From Candidatus Pacebacteria bacterium CG2_30_36_39 (GTDB lineage: Bacteria > Patescibacteriota > Microgenomatia > UBA1400 > PJMF01): a stretch of DNA of 64,000 nucleotides. The notes under the pieces are model-generated. The model did no database searches. It worked only from the letters and a program-made list of their open reading frames with translations, and was not told where the DNA came from. Where the stretch lies: contig MNZB01000003.1 of assembly GCA_001873435.1 (NCBI GenBank), positions 6,427 through 70,426 on the forward strand, in the 5' to 3' direction. The stretch's first letter is position 1. Every line of letters starts with the position of its first letter. Below are positions 56,404 to 64,000 of the stretch, in pieces. The position numbers and the translations under genes were made by a program.

Positions 56404-56715
56404 ATGGCTGCAGCAAAGTACAAACAGTATTTTACCCAAATGGAAGAACAGAATAAGGAAATATTTGCTGATTTTTTTCGTGTTCACCAGTTGTTTGAAT
56501 TGGATGGAACTAAATATGAAGAAGAATTCCACAAAACTGGTCAGAGAGTAGTTGATGTAATTCGTGATTGGGATCGAAGACTTTGTTCAGCTATGGGCAG
56601 AGGTGCTTTTAGCCAATATTCACAGACTTTATCTGAAAAATTTTGGGATGAAGCTCGTAAGACATTTCCCTTAATTGATCGAGTGGGGGTGAGAGTTAAG
56701 AAAAAAGTCGTATAA
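56404..56715 (+). CDS. Hypothetical protein between nadD and nadE
   Basis: 103 aa, AAGGAG SD. Confidence 0.8.
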   Translation: MAAAKYKQYFTQMEEQNKEIFADFFRVHQLFELDGTKYEEEFHKTGQRVVDVIRDWDRRLCSAMGRGAFSQYSQTLSEKFWDEARKTFPLIDRVGVRVKKKVV

Positions 56716-56725
56716 TATCTAGGTC

Positions 56726-57505
56726 ATGAACGTTTCTAACTCAAAACAACTAATTGATTCAGCAATAGATTTTTTAAAAGAAGTTTTTCAAAAAACCAAT
56801 AAAACAAAAGTGGTTATTGCAGTATCTGGTGGTATTGATAGTGCTGTTTCTTTGACTTTAGCCACTAAAGCTTTGGGACCAACAAATGTTTTTCCTATAT
56901 TTTTACCTTTTGCCAAACAGGATATGAGTGATGCTAAATTGATAGCAGAATGGAATCATATCCCTCATGAGAATTGGCAAGAAATTCAAATTGAACCAGT
57001 GGTTGATGTATTAACTCACTCAACTGATTTGCAGGAGCTAAATCAAACAGAAGCAGTTCGCTTGGGTAATATTAAAGCCAGAGTAAGAATGTTATTTGTT
57101 TATGATTTGGCCAAAAAACTTAATGCTTTAGTATGTGGAACTGAAAACAAATCAGAAAAATACTTGGGTTATTTCACTCGCTTTGGTGATGAGGCCTCTG
57201 ATATTGAGCCAATTGCCCATTTATATAAAACAGAAGTAAGGGCAGCTGCTAAATCATTAAATATGCCAGCTATATTTTGGGAAAAAGCACCCAGCGCTGG
57301 TTTATGGCAAGATCAAACTGATGAACAAGAGCTAGGTTTTACTTATGAAATTGCTGATTTAGTAATGGAACAGTTTCTTGATCAAAAGAAAACTATCGGC
57401 GAAATTAATTTACCTGGAATCGACCAATCAGTAATTCAAAAAGTTATTGATCGAATTAATAACATGAGCTTCAAATTACAGGTTCCATATTGTTTGAGCA
57501 AATAG
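56726..57505 (+). CDS. nadE: NH3-dependent NAD+ synthetase
   Basis: SGGIDS, GNIKARVRM, GTENKSE..LGYFTRFGD, KAPSAGLW..QTDE. Confidence 0.97.
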   Translation: MNVSNSKQLIDSAIDFLKEVFQKTNKTKVVIAVSGGIDSAVSLTLATKALGPTNVFPIFLPFAKQDMSDAKLIAEWNHIPHENWQEIQIEPVVDVLTHSTDLQELNQTEAVRLGNIKARVRMLFVYDLAKKLNALVCGTENKSEKYLGYFTRFGDEASDIEPIAHLYKTEVRAAAKSLNMPAIFWEKAPSAGLWQDQTDEQELGFTYEIADLVMEQFLDQKKTIGEINLPGIDQSVIQKVIDRINNMSFKLQVPYCLSK

Positions 57506-57547
57506 AACTACTAGACTTTTTTCATAGTTTTGACTACATTGACAGAT

Positions 57548-58441
57548 ATGTTTCGTTATCTTCCAGTTGAAAAACGTATTCCAGACAATCAGTATAAAAA
57601 CTTGTTAAAACAAATCATTAAAGAAGGTGTACGCACCGAATCCCAACAAGGAGTTGATGCTTTAACTTTAATTGGTCCAAATCCTTTGCATTTTAAGCTT
57701 GAGAATGGTTTTCCTATTATTACTGAAAGAAAAATTAGTGAAAAAATTTGGCAACAAGCGATTGGAGAAATCATTGGCTTCGTTAACGGTGCTCGTACGC
57801 AACAAGAACTAGAAAGTTATGGTTGTAATTGGTGGAAGTATTGGGTAACTGATGCTAAGTGCCAAAAAAGAGGTCTTGAACCAGGAGACATGGGTCCAGG
57901 AAGTTATGGCGCTGCATTTCATGATTTTCCGACTGCTGAAGGCCCAACTTATAATCAGTTTCAGAATATTATTGAGCAAATCAAAGAGAAACCACATTTG
58001 AGAACTCACTTTATTAGTCCTTGGGTACCTCAATATACAATTCGTGGCAAAGGCAAACAACAAAAAGTAGTTGTTTGTCCGTGTCATGGTTGGATTCATA
58101 TTCGTATTATTAACAACAAACTTACTCTACATATGTATCAACGTAGTAGTGACACTCCAATAGGTTTGCCAGCCAATTTGGCTCAATATGCTGCTCTAAC
58201 CTTCATGATTGCTGAAGCCACTGGTTATGAACCATATGAATATGTGCATAGTTTTTCAGATGCTCATATTTATGTTGATCAAATTCCAGCAGTTGAAGAA
58301 TTGTTGGCTAGAGAAGATAAAGTCTTACCAACTATGAAGATGAAAAAGAAAAAAGATTTTTTTGCTCATAGAGTAGAAGATTTTACTTTATCAGATTACG
58401 AACCACATCCCGGGATTTGGAATATTCCCGTAGCTATCTAG
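57548..58441 (+). CDS. thyA: Thymidylate synthase (divergent)
   Basis: GFPIIT, PCH nucleophile, YQRSSD..GLP.N, DAHIY, C-terminal PVAI. Confidence 0.92.
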   Translation: MFRYLPVEKRIPDNQYKNLLKQIIKEGVRTESQQGVDALTLIGPNPLHFKLENGFPIITERKISEKIWQQAIGEIIGFVNGARTQQELESYGCNWWKYWVTDAKCQKRGLEPGDMGPGSYGAAFHDFPTAEGPTYNQFQNIIEQIKEKPHLRTHFISPWVPQYTIRGKGKQQKVVVCPCHGWIHIRIINNKLTLHMYQRSSDTPIGLPANLAQYAALTFMIAEATGYEPYEYVHSFSDAHIYVDQIPAVEELLAREDKVLPTMKMKKKKDFFAHRVEDFTLSDYEPHPGIWNIPVAI

Positions 58442-58458
58442 TGTTTAGAAATTTTTTT

Positions 58459-58932
58459 ATGTCAGCTCAATCAAATAAATACCAGGGTGCAACCAGTTTT
58501 GTAGATATTGATAATTCTAGAGAAGCAGAGCAGGTTGAGGTAATGGAACAGATTATTGAAGAGGGAATCTGTCCTTTTTGTATGGAGAACTTTAAAAAAT
58601 ATCATCAAGAAACTATTCTAAAAGAAACAGAACATTGGATTTTAACTCCCAATCGTTGGCCCTATGAAAATACTAAATTGCATTTCTTAGCTATTTTGAA
58701 AACTCATGCAGAAAATCTCCAAGAAATTCCCAAGGGAGCTGGTGATGAATTATTTGAATTGCTTGCTTGGTTGGAGTCAGAAAAACAAATTCCTGGTGGT
58801 GGTTTTGCCATGCGTTTTGGTGATACGAACTATTCTGCTGGGACTATAAAACACATTCATGCTCAGTTTTTAGTGCCAGACATTGATAGTCCTGATTTTA
58901 AACCAGTGAGGTTTAAGATAGGTAAGGGTTAA
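58459..58932 (+). CDS. HIT superfamily protein with HxHxQ motif
   Basis: CPFC, NRWPY, SAGTIKHIHAQ. Confidence 0.82.
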   Translation: MSAQSNKYQGATSFVDIDNSREAEQVEVMEQIIEEGICPFCMENFKKYHQETILKETEHWILTPNRWPYENTKLHFLAILKTHAENLQEIPKGAGDELFELLAWLESEKQIPGGGFAMRFGDTNYSAGTIKHIHAQFLVPDIDSPDFKPVRFKIGKG

Positions 58933-58970
58933 GTTTTACATTTTGATATATTTGTATATAATTTCTTTTT

Positions 58971-59255
58971 GTGCCTGAAAAGCTTCCCCTCTATGTTCAT
59001 GCCCATGAAACAGGAAAATCTCTAACAGAGTTGATGTTTTGGGTTGAGTTTCAGCTCGGTAAATTTTTGTTATTAGTATTGGGAGAAGAAGAGAGCGGAT
59101 TGTTGCCCATGGTTCTAATTTCAACTGGATCAAGCCTTGTTACTGAATTTCTTCAAATGCCTCAAACGATTGTTGCCGAATTGGCTACCCAAGATGAGTT
59201 ACCTTCACATTTGGCAGATTTTGTAGAAAAAATTAGGACCTCTGAAATTAAATAG
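58971..59255 (+). CDS. Hypothetical protein
   Basis: 94 aa, GTG start. Confidence 0.45.
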   Translation: MPEKLPLYVHAHETGKSLTELMFWVEFQLGKFLLLVLGEEESGLLPMVLISTGSSLVTEFLQMPQTIVAELATQDELPSHLADFVEKIRTSEIK

Positions 59256-60105
59256 AGATTTTCTCAATTTCAACATCATTATCTTTTAAGATTTTTTCAC
59301 CATCCAAAACACTATAGCCATCGATAAAATAAACTTTTTTAATACCGCTATAGGCAATTTGTTTGGCACAAACGGGGCAGGGAAATGTAGTGACGAATAA
59401 TTCGGCTTTATCTAGAGAAATGCCTTGTTTCGCAGCTTTCGCAATTAAAATAGCTTCGGCATGAATGGCTGTTGAGACCTTGAGATACTCACCCTTATGA
59501 AAATTTGCCCTAGGATCTCCTTCATAGACAGTTTCATATTCTGTCGGCACGTGATGGTTGTGGCTAGATAAAACGACTTTATTATTTTTAATAGCTACGG
59601 CTCCAACTTGTCTCCACCAGTCATCGCTTCGGGTTTTCTCATTTTCTAAAAGATTTGAAATAGTTTGTAATATTTTATTACTCAATTTTCCAGAATAATT
59701 TGCTAAATCATTTTCTTTTAATGAAGATTTAAGATCCCATCTTAAGAAGGTAGAGTCAAAAACTACTTGATTTTTGGCAAAATACTTTTGGGTTAAATGA
59801 TGACTGATGTCTTCATCGGAAAACATTAAATCACCATTAAAACTTTGTAATTCATTTAAGTTTTGTGGAGTTAAGATTTTTATGGAATCAAAAATCTTTA
59901 AAGTTTCTAAAAAAAGCTTTATTTCCTCTGGAGAAATCGCTCTAATATCTTTTTGCAACGAACGTAATTCATAGGCCAATTCTTTACCTATCAACCACAA
60001 TTCTTTAATTTCTGAGTGTTTAGCAAAAAACTTAAGATAGCCAGTATGAACAACTGGTATATAGCTAACTAAAACAGCCTTATTTTGTTTCACCTCTGAG
60101 TTCAC
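59248..60105 (-). CDS. dCMP deaminase-family protein with extra N-terminal domain
   Basis: RQVGAV, HAE, PCPVC Zn motifs in the C-terminal half; N-terminal YIPVVHTGY. Confidence 0.88.
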   Translation of the reverse strand: MNSEVKQNKAVLVSYIPVVHTGYLKFFAKHSEIKELWLIGKELAYELRSLQKDIRAISPEEIKLFLETLKIFDSIKILTPQNLNELQSFNGDLMFSDEDISHHLTQKYFAKNQVVFDSTFLRWDLKSSLKENDLANYSGKLSNKILQTISNLLENEKTRSDDWWRQVGAVAIKNNKVVLSSHNHHVPTEYETVYEGDPRANFHKGEYLKVSTAIHAEAILIAKAAKQGISLDKAELFVTTFPCPVCAKQIAYSGIKKVYFIDGYSVLDGEKILKDNDVEIEKISI

Positions 60106-60655
60106 TCAAAACCTCCTCGATAGTTTTAATAAGTTTATTAGTTAAAACAGACTCAATTTTTTGAGCAGCCCCAAGTTGTAAGAGACGAATTTTAGCGCTA
60201 GTAGAAGTAGTTGCCATGGGTTCTAGGACAATAATTTTGCCACAAAATTCTTTAAGGTCCTCTAATTGTTCTGGGGAATAAGTTTCCTTGGTGGCAATTA
60301 GGACATCTGGGCGAATTATTTTAATTAATTCCCATTTTGGGGCAGCTAGTTTCTTTAAAACTACCAGATCAACCGAGGAAAGGTAGGTCAACATTTCCAA
60401 ACGTTCTTCTTCTGGAACAATCGGTCTGTCGTTGCCTTTGCGTTTTTTGATTTTGGTGTCACTATCAATACCGACGATCAAGATATCGCCATAGGTTTTG
60501 GCTTCTTTGCAGTAGCGAGCATGGCCTATATGAAGCATGTCAAAGGAGCCTTGGGTTAAAACAATTTTTTTCTTGTCTTGACGTTGTTTGGTGACATACT
60601 CATCTACCTTGGAGTAGTCTTTGACAATTTTATGGCCATTTTGATTTTTCGTCAT
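60080..60655 (-). CDS. Cytidylyltransferase-family nucleotidyltransferase (RfaE-II/TagD-like)
   Basis: GSFDMLHIGH, VGIDSD..K.RKG..RP, ER.E.L, STS. Confidence 0.9.
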   Translation of the reverse strand: MTKNQNGHKIVKDYSKVDEYVTKQRQDKKKIVLTQGSFDMLHIGHARYCKEAKTYGDILIVGIDSDTKIKKRKGNDRPIVPEEERLEMLTYLSSVDLVVLKKLAAPKWELIKIIRPDVLIATKETYSPEQLEDLKEFCGKIIVLEPMATTSTSAKIRLLQLGAAQKIESVLTNKLIKTIEEVLSELRGETK

Positions 60656-60721
60656 GAATGTTTTGATTGTAACGCACTCCGAATTATTTTACAGACAGAG
60701 TGAGGTACAATTCTAAGTTAA

Positions 60722-61474
60722 ATGAAAGTCACTGCAATAAAAACTAAAGTTATTCAGCCTGGTGAAGATTTATTTAAATTTTTACATGAACATATTTCTA
60801 TTTTAGAAGAAAGATCGATAGTAGTAATTACTTCTAAAATCTTGAGTTTTGCCCAGAATAGATTTGCTCCAGCTATTGAAAAAACTAGAGAAGAAAAACA
60901 TGATTTAGTGCGAAGAGAAACTGATTTGTATTTAGATCCAAGTAAATCTAAATATGACATCATGATTACAATCAAGAATTCTTTATTGGCTGTTAATGCT
61001 GGTATTGATGAATCAAATTCTCCAGGTCAATATATTTTGTGGCCTGAAAATCTTCAAGAATTCACTAATCAAATTTGGCAGTTTTTACGCGAAACGTACA
61101 AAGTTAAAGATCTTGGTGTGATAATTACGGATAGCAAAACTATGCCGTTGCGTTGGGGAGTGACTGGTACTGCTGTATCTTATTGTGGTTTTAATCCACT
61201 GATTGATAAACGAGGTTTGACAGATATTTTTGGTCGGGAAATGAAGATGACTCAAATTCAAATTGCTGAAGCCATAGCTATTGCTGCGGTATTTGAAATG
61301 GGTGAGTCTAATGAACAACGTCCTCTGGCTATTGTAAATGATTTTCAACAAGCAATTGAGTTTCAAGATAGAGTTCCTGATGAGGAAGAAATTAAGGCTT
61401 TAAGCATAGATCCTGAGGATGATGTTTATGCTCCTCTTTTATTAAGTGTTCCTTGGAAAAAAGGGGGTAAATAG
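60722..61474 (+). CDS. CofE-like gamma-glutamyl ligase (putative folate polyglutamylase FolC2)
   Basis: VVITSKI, NAGIDESN, GVIITDS...PLRWG, D.FGR, MGE..E..P; coupled to folA. Confidence 0.85.
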   Translation: MKVTAIKTKVIQPGEDLFKFLHEHISILEERSIVVITSKILSFAQNRFAPAIEKTREEKHDLVRRETDLYLDPSKSKYDIMITIKNSLLAVNAGIDESNSPGQYILWPENLQEFTNQIWQFLRETYKVKDLGVIITDSKTMPLRWGVTGTAVSYCGFNPLIDKRGLTDIFGREMKMTQIQIAEAIAIAAVFEMGESNEQRPLAIVNDFQQAIEFQDRVPDEEEIKALSIDPEDDVYAPLLLSVPWKKGGK

Positions 61475-62034
61475 TGCATGTTTTTTTAATTGCTGCAATA
61501 AGTGCTGATGGATTTCTAGGTCAAGATGAAACCCACAATTCTATGGAGTGGACCAGTGAAGAAGATAGTCAATGGTTTTGGCAAAGAACCGAGCAGGCAG
61601 GGGCCATTGTCATGGGTCGCAAGACTTTTGGAGCAACACGTAGACCTTATACTCCCTTACCAAAGCGCAAGAATTATGTTTTAACTAGCGATCCAGTTCC
61701 ATGGCAAGTCAAAAGTGAATATCCATTGTCTAGATTGGAATATACCAATTTATCTCCAAAAGAATTAGTTAAGTTTGCTGAAAAAGAGAGTACTGAGCTT
61801 GGTTTTTCTGAGTTGGCGGTTTGTGGTGGCAGTAGTGTTTATTCCCAGTTTTTACTTGCTGATCTGCTAGATACTTTATATCTTACTAGAGAGAATAATG
61901 TTAAATTGGGTGAGGGTATTCCTTTATTTGCTGCCATATCATTGGCAGAAGCTTTAAAAAAATATCAACTTATTCAAGAAACTGCACTCAATGATCATGG
62001 TACTGTAATGCAGGAATGGGGAAGAAAAAAATAA
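61474..62034 (+). CDS. folA: Dihydrofolate reductase
   Basis: IAAISADG, W...D..WF, IVMGRKTF, PLPKRKNYVLT, GGSSVY. Confidence 0.9.
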   Translation: MHVFLIAAISADGFLGQDETHNSMEWTSEEDSQWFWQRTEQAGAIVMGRKTFGATRRPYTPLPKRKNYVLTSDPVPWQVKSEYPLSRLEYTNLSPKELVKFAEKESTELGFSELAVCGGSSVYSQFLLADLLDTLYLTRENNVKLGEGIPLFAAISLAEALKKYQLIQETALNDHGTVMQEWGRKK

Positions 62035-62036
62035 CT

Positions 62037-62465
62037 ATGAAAATAATTATTAAAAGATTCGATACTAGCTTGCCAATGCCAGAATACAAAACTAGTGGTG
62101 CGGCAGCTTTTGATTTATATGTTCGTGAAGAAACCACTATTCCTGCAAAAAAAGTAGTTTTAGTTCCATTGAATATTGCACTTCAACTACCAGAGAATCA
62201 CTGGGCCTTATTATCTGCTAGGAGTTCTTTGCACAAACAAGGTTTAATGTTAGCCAATGGTATTGGAGTGGGAGATTATGATTATCGAGGTGATGGTGAT
62301 GAGTATAAGGCTGCTTTGTGGAATTTTACGGATGAACCAGTTGTTTTGCAAAAAGGGGATAGAGTGGTTCAAATGATTGTTATGAGTAGAGAATCAGTTG
62401 AGTTTGAGGAAGTCAAAAAGTTTAATACTGATGATCGCGGTGGTTTTGGTAGTACTGGAAAGTAA
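62037..62465 (+). CDS. dut: dUTP diphosphatase
   Basis: AAFDL, ARSS, GVGDYDYRG, RVVQ, RGGFGSTG. Confidence 0.96.
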   Translation: MKIIIKRFDTSLPMPEYKTSGAAAFDLYVREETTIPAKKVVLVPLNIALQLPENHWALLSARSSLHKQGLMLANGIGVGDYDYRGDGDEYKAALWNFTDEPVVLQKGDRVVQMIVMSRESVEFEEVKKFNTDDRGGFGSTGK

Positions 62466-62473
62466 CCAGGATA

Positions 62474-63949
62474 TTATTGAATTCTAAAATTATATTTTAG
62501 ATAGATATCATCCAAAATTTTACCGCTTTGATTGATGATTTTCAGAATTGAAGTGTGATTTGGGCCTTGATGAATCATTTCTGTTGTTCCGAAAACAGAC
62601 AAAACTTTTGCTAATTCCACATCTGTATCATTAAAAACTAAATAGTTAATATCCTGATTTTTAATTATTTCAGTAATTTTATTTTCCAGATCTTTATTGT
62701 TATATTTCCAGCGTTCTGTAAAAAGAAAAACTTTATTTTTTTGGTAACCATTGTTGAAGAAAAAGAAGTAGTCAGTAAAGTTTTGATCTTCAAAAATTAG
62801 CAATCTAGGTTGTGGTAGTTTTTCATCTTTTGCCTGGATTTGTGAGGTTTTTTTCTTAAAACTATCATAGAAAACCCTGTTTTCTTTCAAGGTTGTTATT
62901 ACACTAAGATGAAAAGGAATAATCACTATTATTAAAGTTGTAGCTATGATTATTGGTATAATTTTTTGATATTTTTTGCTTTTTATTTGGGGGAAGATAA
63001 AGTCGCTAAACAAGAGAAAAATAGGTATTACAGATAACAAGTGGCGGTAGGGTAGTAACGATCCCTCAGCCCAACGAATATAGAGAATTTGTGCAATAAC
63101 TAAAGCTGAAAAATTGACAAGTAGTTTTGAGTGACTATTTTTGGTGAATATAAATTTACCCATTGCTGCCCAAAAAATTAAAAAAGTAGCTATACCAGCC
63201 AAGCCAAACCTTTCATTGGGCCAGATATTTTTGTATTTGAAAGAAGAAATCCAGTTTTTTTGTTCTTCTCCTGGTAAAACATAATTTGCATCAACATAAG
63301 ATGCTAAAGTATTCATACTTAGATTCAAAGTTTCTGAGGCTTTTTTTGAAAAAACAGGAGGATCAAAAAAGATAAAAGGAAGTCTTATGAGATGAGTAGC
63401 TATTTGTTTTGGAGAAAATATTGCTACTGTAATTTTTCTAAAGCCATTGCTTCCCAATGGAGAGCCAAAATGTTGCCAGTTATTAAAGACAGTATATGAG
63501 TAGCCTGAAATTAAAAATAAAAATATAAAAGTAACTATAATTTTTTTTGCTATAAACCAATAGTTTTTTAGTCCTTTGAGTACTAAAAATGGGAGCAATA
63601 AATATACTAAGGTATTAATCTTAATCATTACCAAAGTGAGGCTAGTGATGCCAATTAATAGGCTTAGGTTTTTTATTTCAAGTTTTTCTTTAGTAGTAAG
63701 TAAAGTAAAAATGTAATAAATATAGCTTAAGAGTGTTGTTGTAATCCAAAGTTCTTGAATCAATGATTTAGAGAAAAAGCTAAAAATATAAGGGGAGGTG
63801 ACAAATAACAAAGTAATCATTAATCTAAGCCTTCTTCTGTTGGAAATTGCTTTAAATGCTATTTGGAAAAATACGACGCCAAGAGGTAGAGATAGCCAAT
63901 AAAAGATTTGAGCAATTTTTTCATGAACATTAAAGATCAATGGCCACAT
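62474..63949 (-). CDS. Polytopic membrane protein, probable GT-C glycosyltransferase; likely extends beyond the window
   Basis: Many TM helices, NWQHFGSPLG, YRHLL; start uncertain near the window edge. Confidence 0.6.
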   Translation of the reverse strand: MWPLIFNVHEKIAQIFYWLSLPLGVVFFQIAFKAISNRRRLRLMITLLFVTSPYIFSFFSKSLIQELWITTTLLSYIYYIFTLLTTKEKLEIKNLSLLIGITSLTLVMIKINTLVYLLLPFLVLKGLKNYWFIAKKIIVTFIFLFLISGYSYTVFNNWQHFGSPLGSNGFRKITVAIFSPKQIATHLIRLPFIFFDPPVFSKKASETLNLSMNTLASYVDANYVLPGEEQKNWISSFKYKNIWPNERFGLAGIATFLIFWAAMGKFIFTKNSHSKLLVNFSALVIAQILYIRWAEGSLLPYRHLLSVIPIFLLFSDFIFPQIKSKKYQKIIPIIIATTLIIVIIPFHLSVITTLKENRVFYDSFKKKTSQIQAKDEKLPQPRLLIFEDQNFTDYFFFFNNGYQKNKVFLFTERWKYNNKDLENKITEIIKNQDINYLVFNDTDVELAKVLSVFGTTEMIHQGPNHTSILKIINQSGKILDDIYLKYNFRIQ

Positions 63950-64000
63950 ATAAATTAGACCACTTCCATATAAGTAGACATTTTTTCGTTCATTTAAGGT

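Noticed and set aside
57548-62465. Phage-derived DNA-hypermodification island
   Set aside because: No mobility or phage genes, composition matches the host, continuous with topA-nadD-nadE, and ThyA keeps the uracil-specific Asn
1-64000. CRISPR array, rRNA, IS elements, alternative genetic code 25
   Set aside because: No spaced repeat arrays, rRNA motifs or transposases seen; long genes are intact under code 11 and TGA serves as a stop

Overview
AT-rich bacterial chromosomal segment, genetic code 11 (TGA is used as a stop; tRNA-Trp has a CCA anticodon). Gene content and style suggest a Patescibacteria/CPR, Microgenomates-like genome (inference): PEGA and DUF2207 proteins, split comEC, short Zn-free L28, N-terminally extended L1, archaeal-type pyrH. 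Most of the window is housekeeping: leuS, comEA/comEC, M16 peptidase, ndk, two divergent mreB-like genes, murL-murD2, rplJL, thrS, secE-nusG-rplKA, galU-like, six tRNAs, rpmG, pyrH, rpmB, def-fmt, mreCD-PBP2, dprA-topA, nadD/nadE, and a thyA-HIT-dCMP deaminase-cytidylyltransferase-folC2-folA-dut cluster. No CRISPR array, integrase or transposase was seen. The strongest unannotated signals are: (1) a complete Thr-rich leader-peptide attenuator in front of thrS; (2) a 155-nt 6S-like RNA rod; (3) a thymidylate cluster whose ThyA lacks two of the four phosphate-binding arginines and sits beside an HxHxQ HIT protein and a nucleotidyltransferase; (4) the MurL/MurD2 racemase-independent D-Glu route; (5) two catalytically degenerate MreB paralogs; (6) paired TTCGG-N6-TTCGG boxes. 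All family calls come from reading motifs by eye; no database searches were run.
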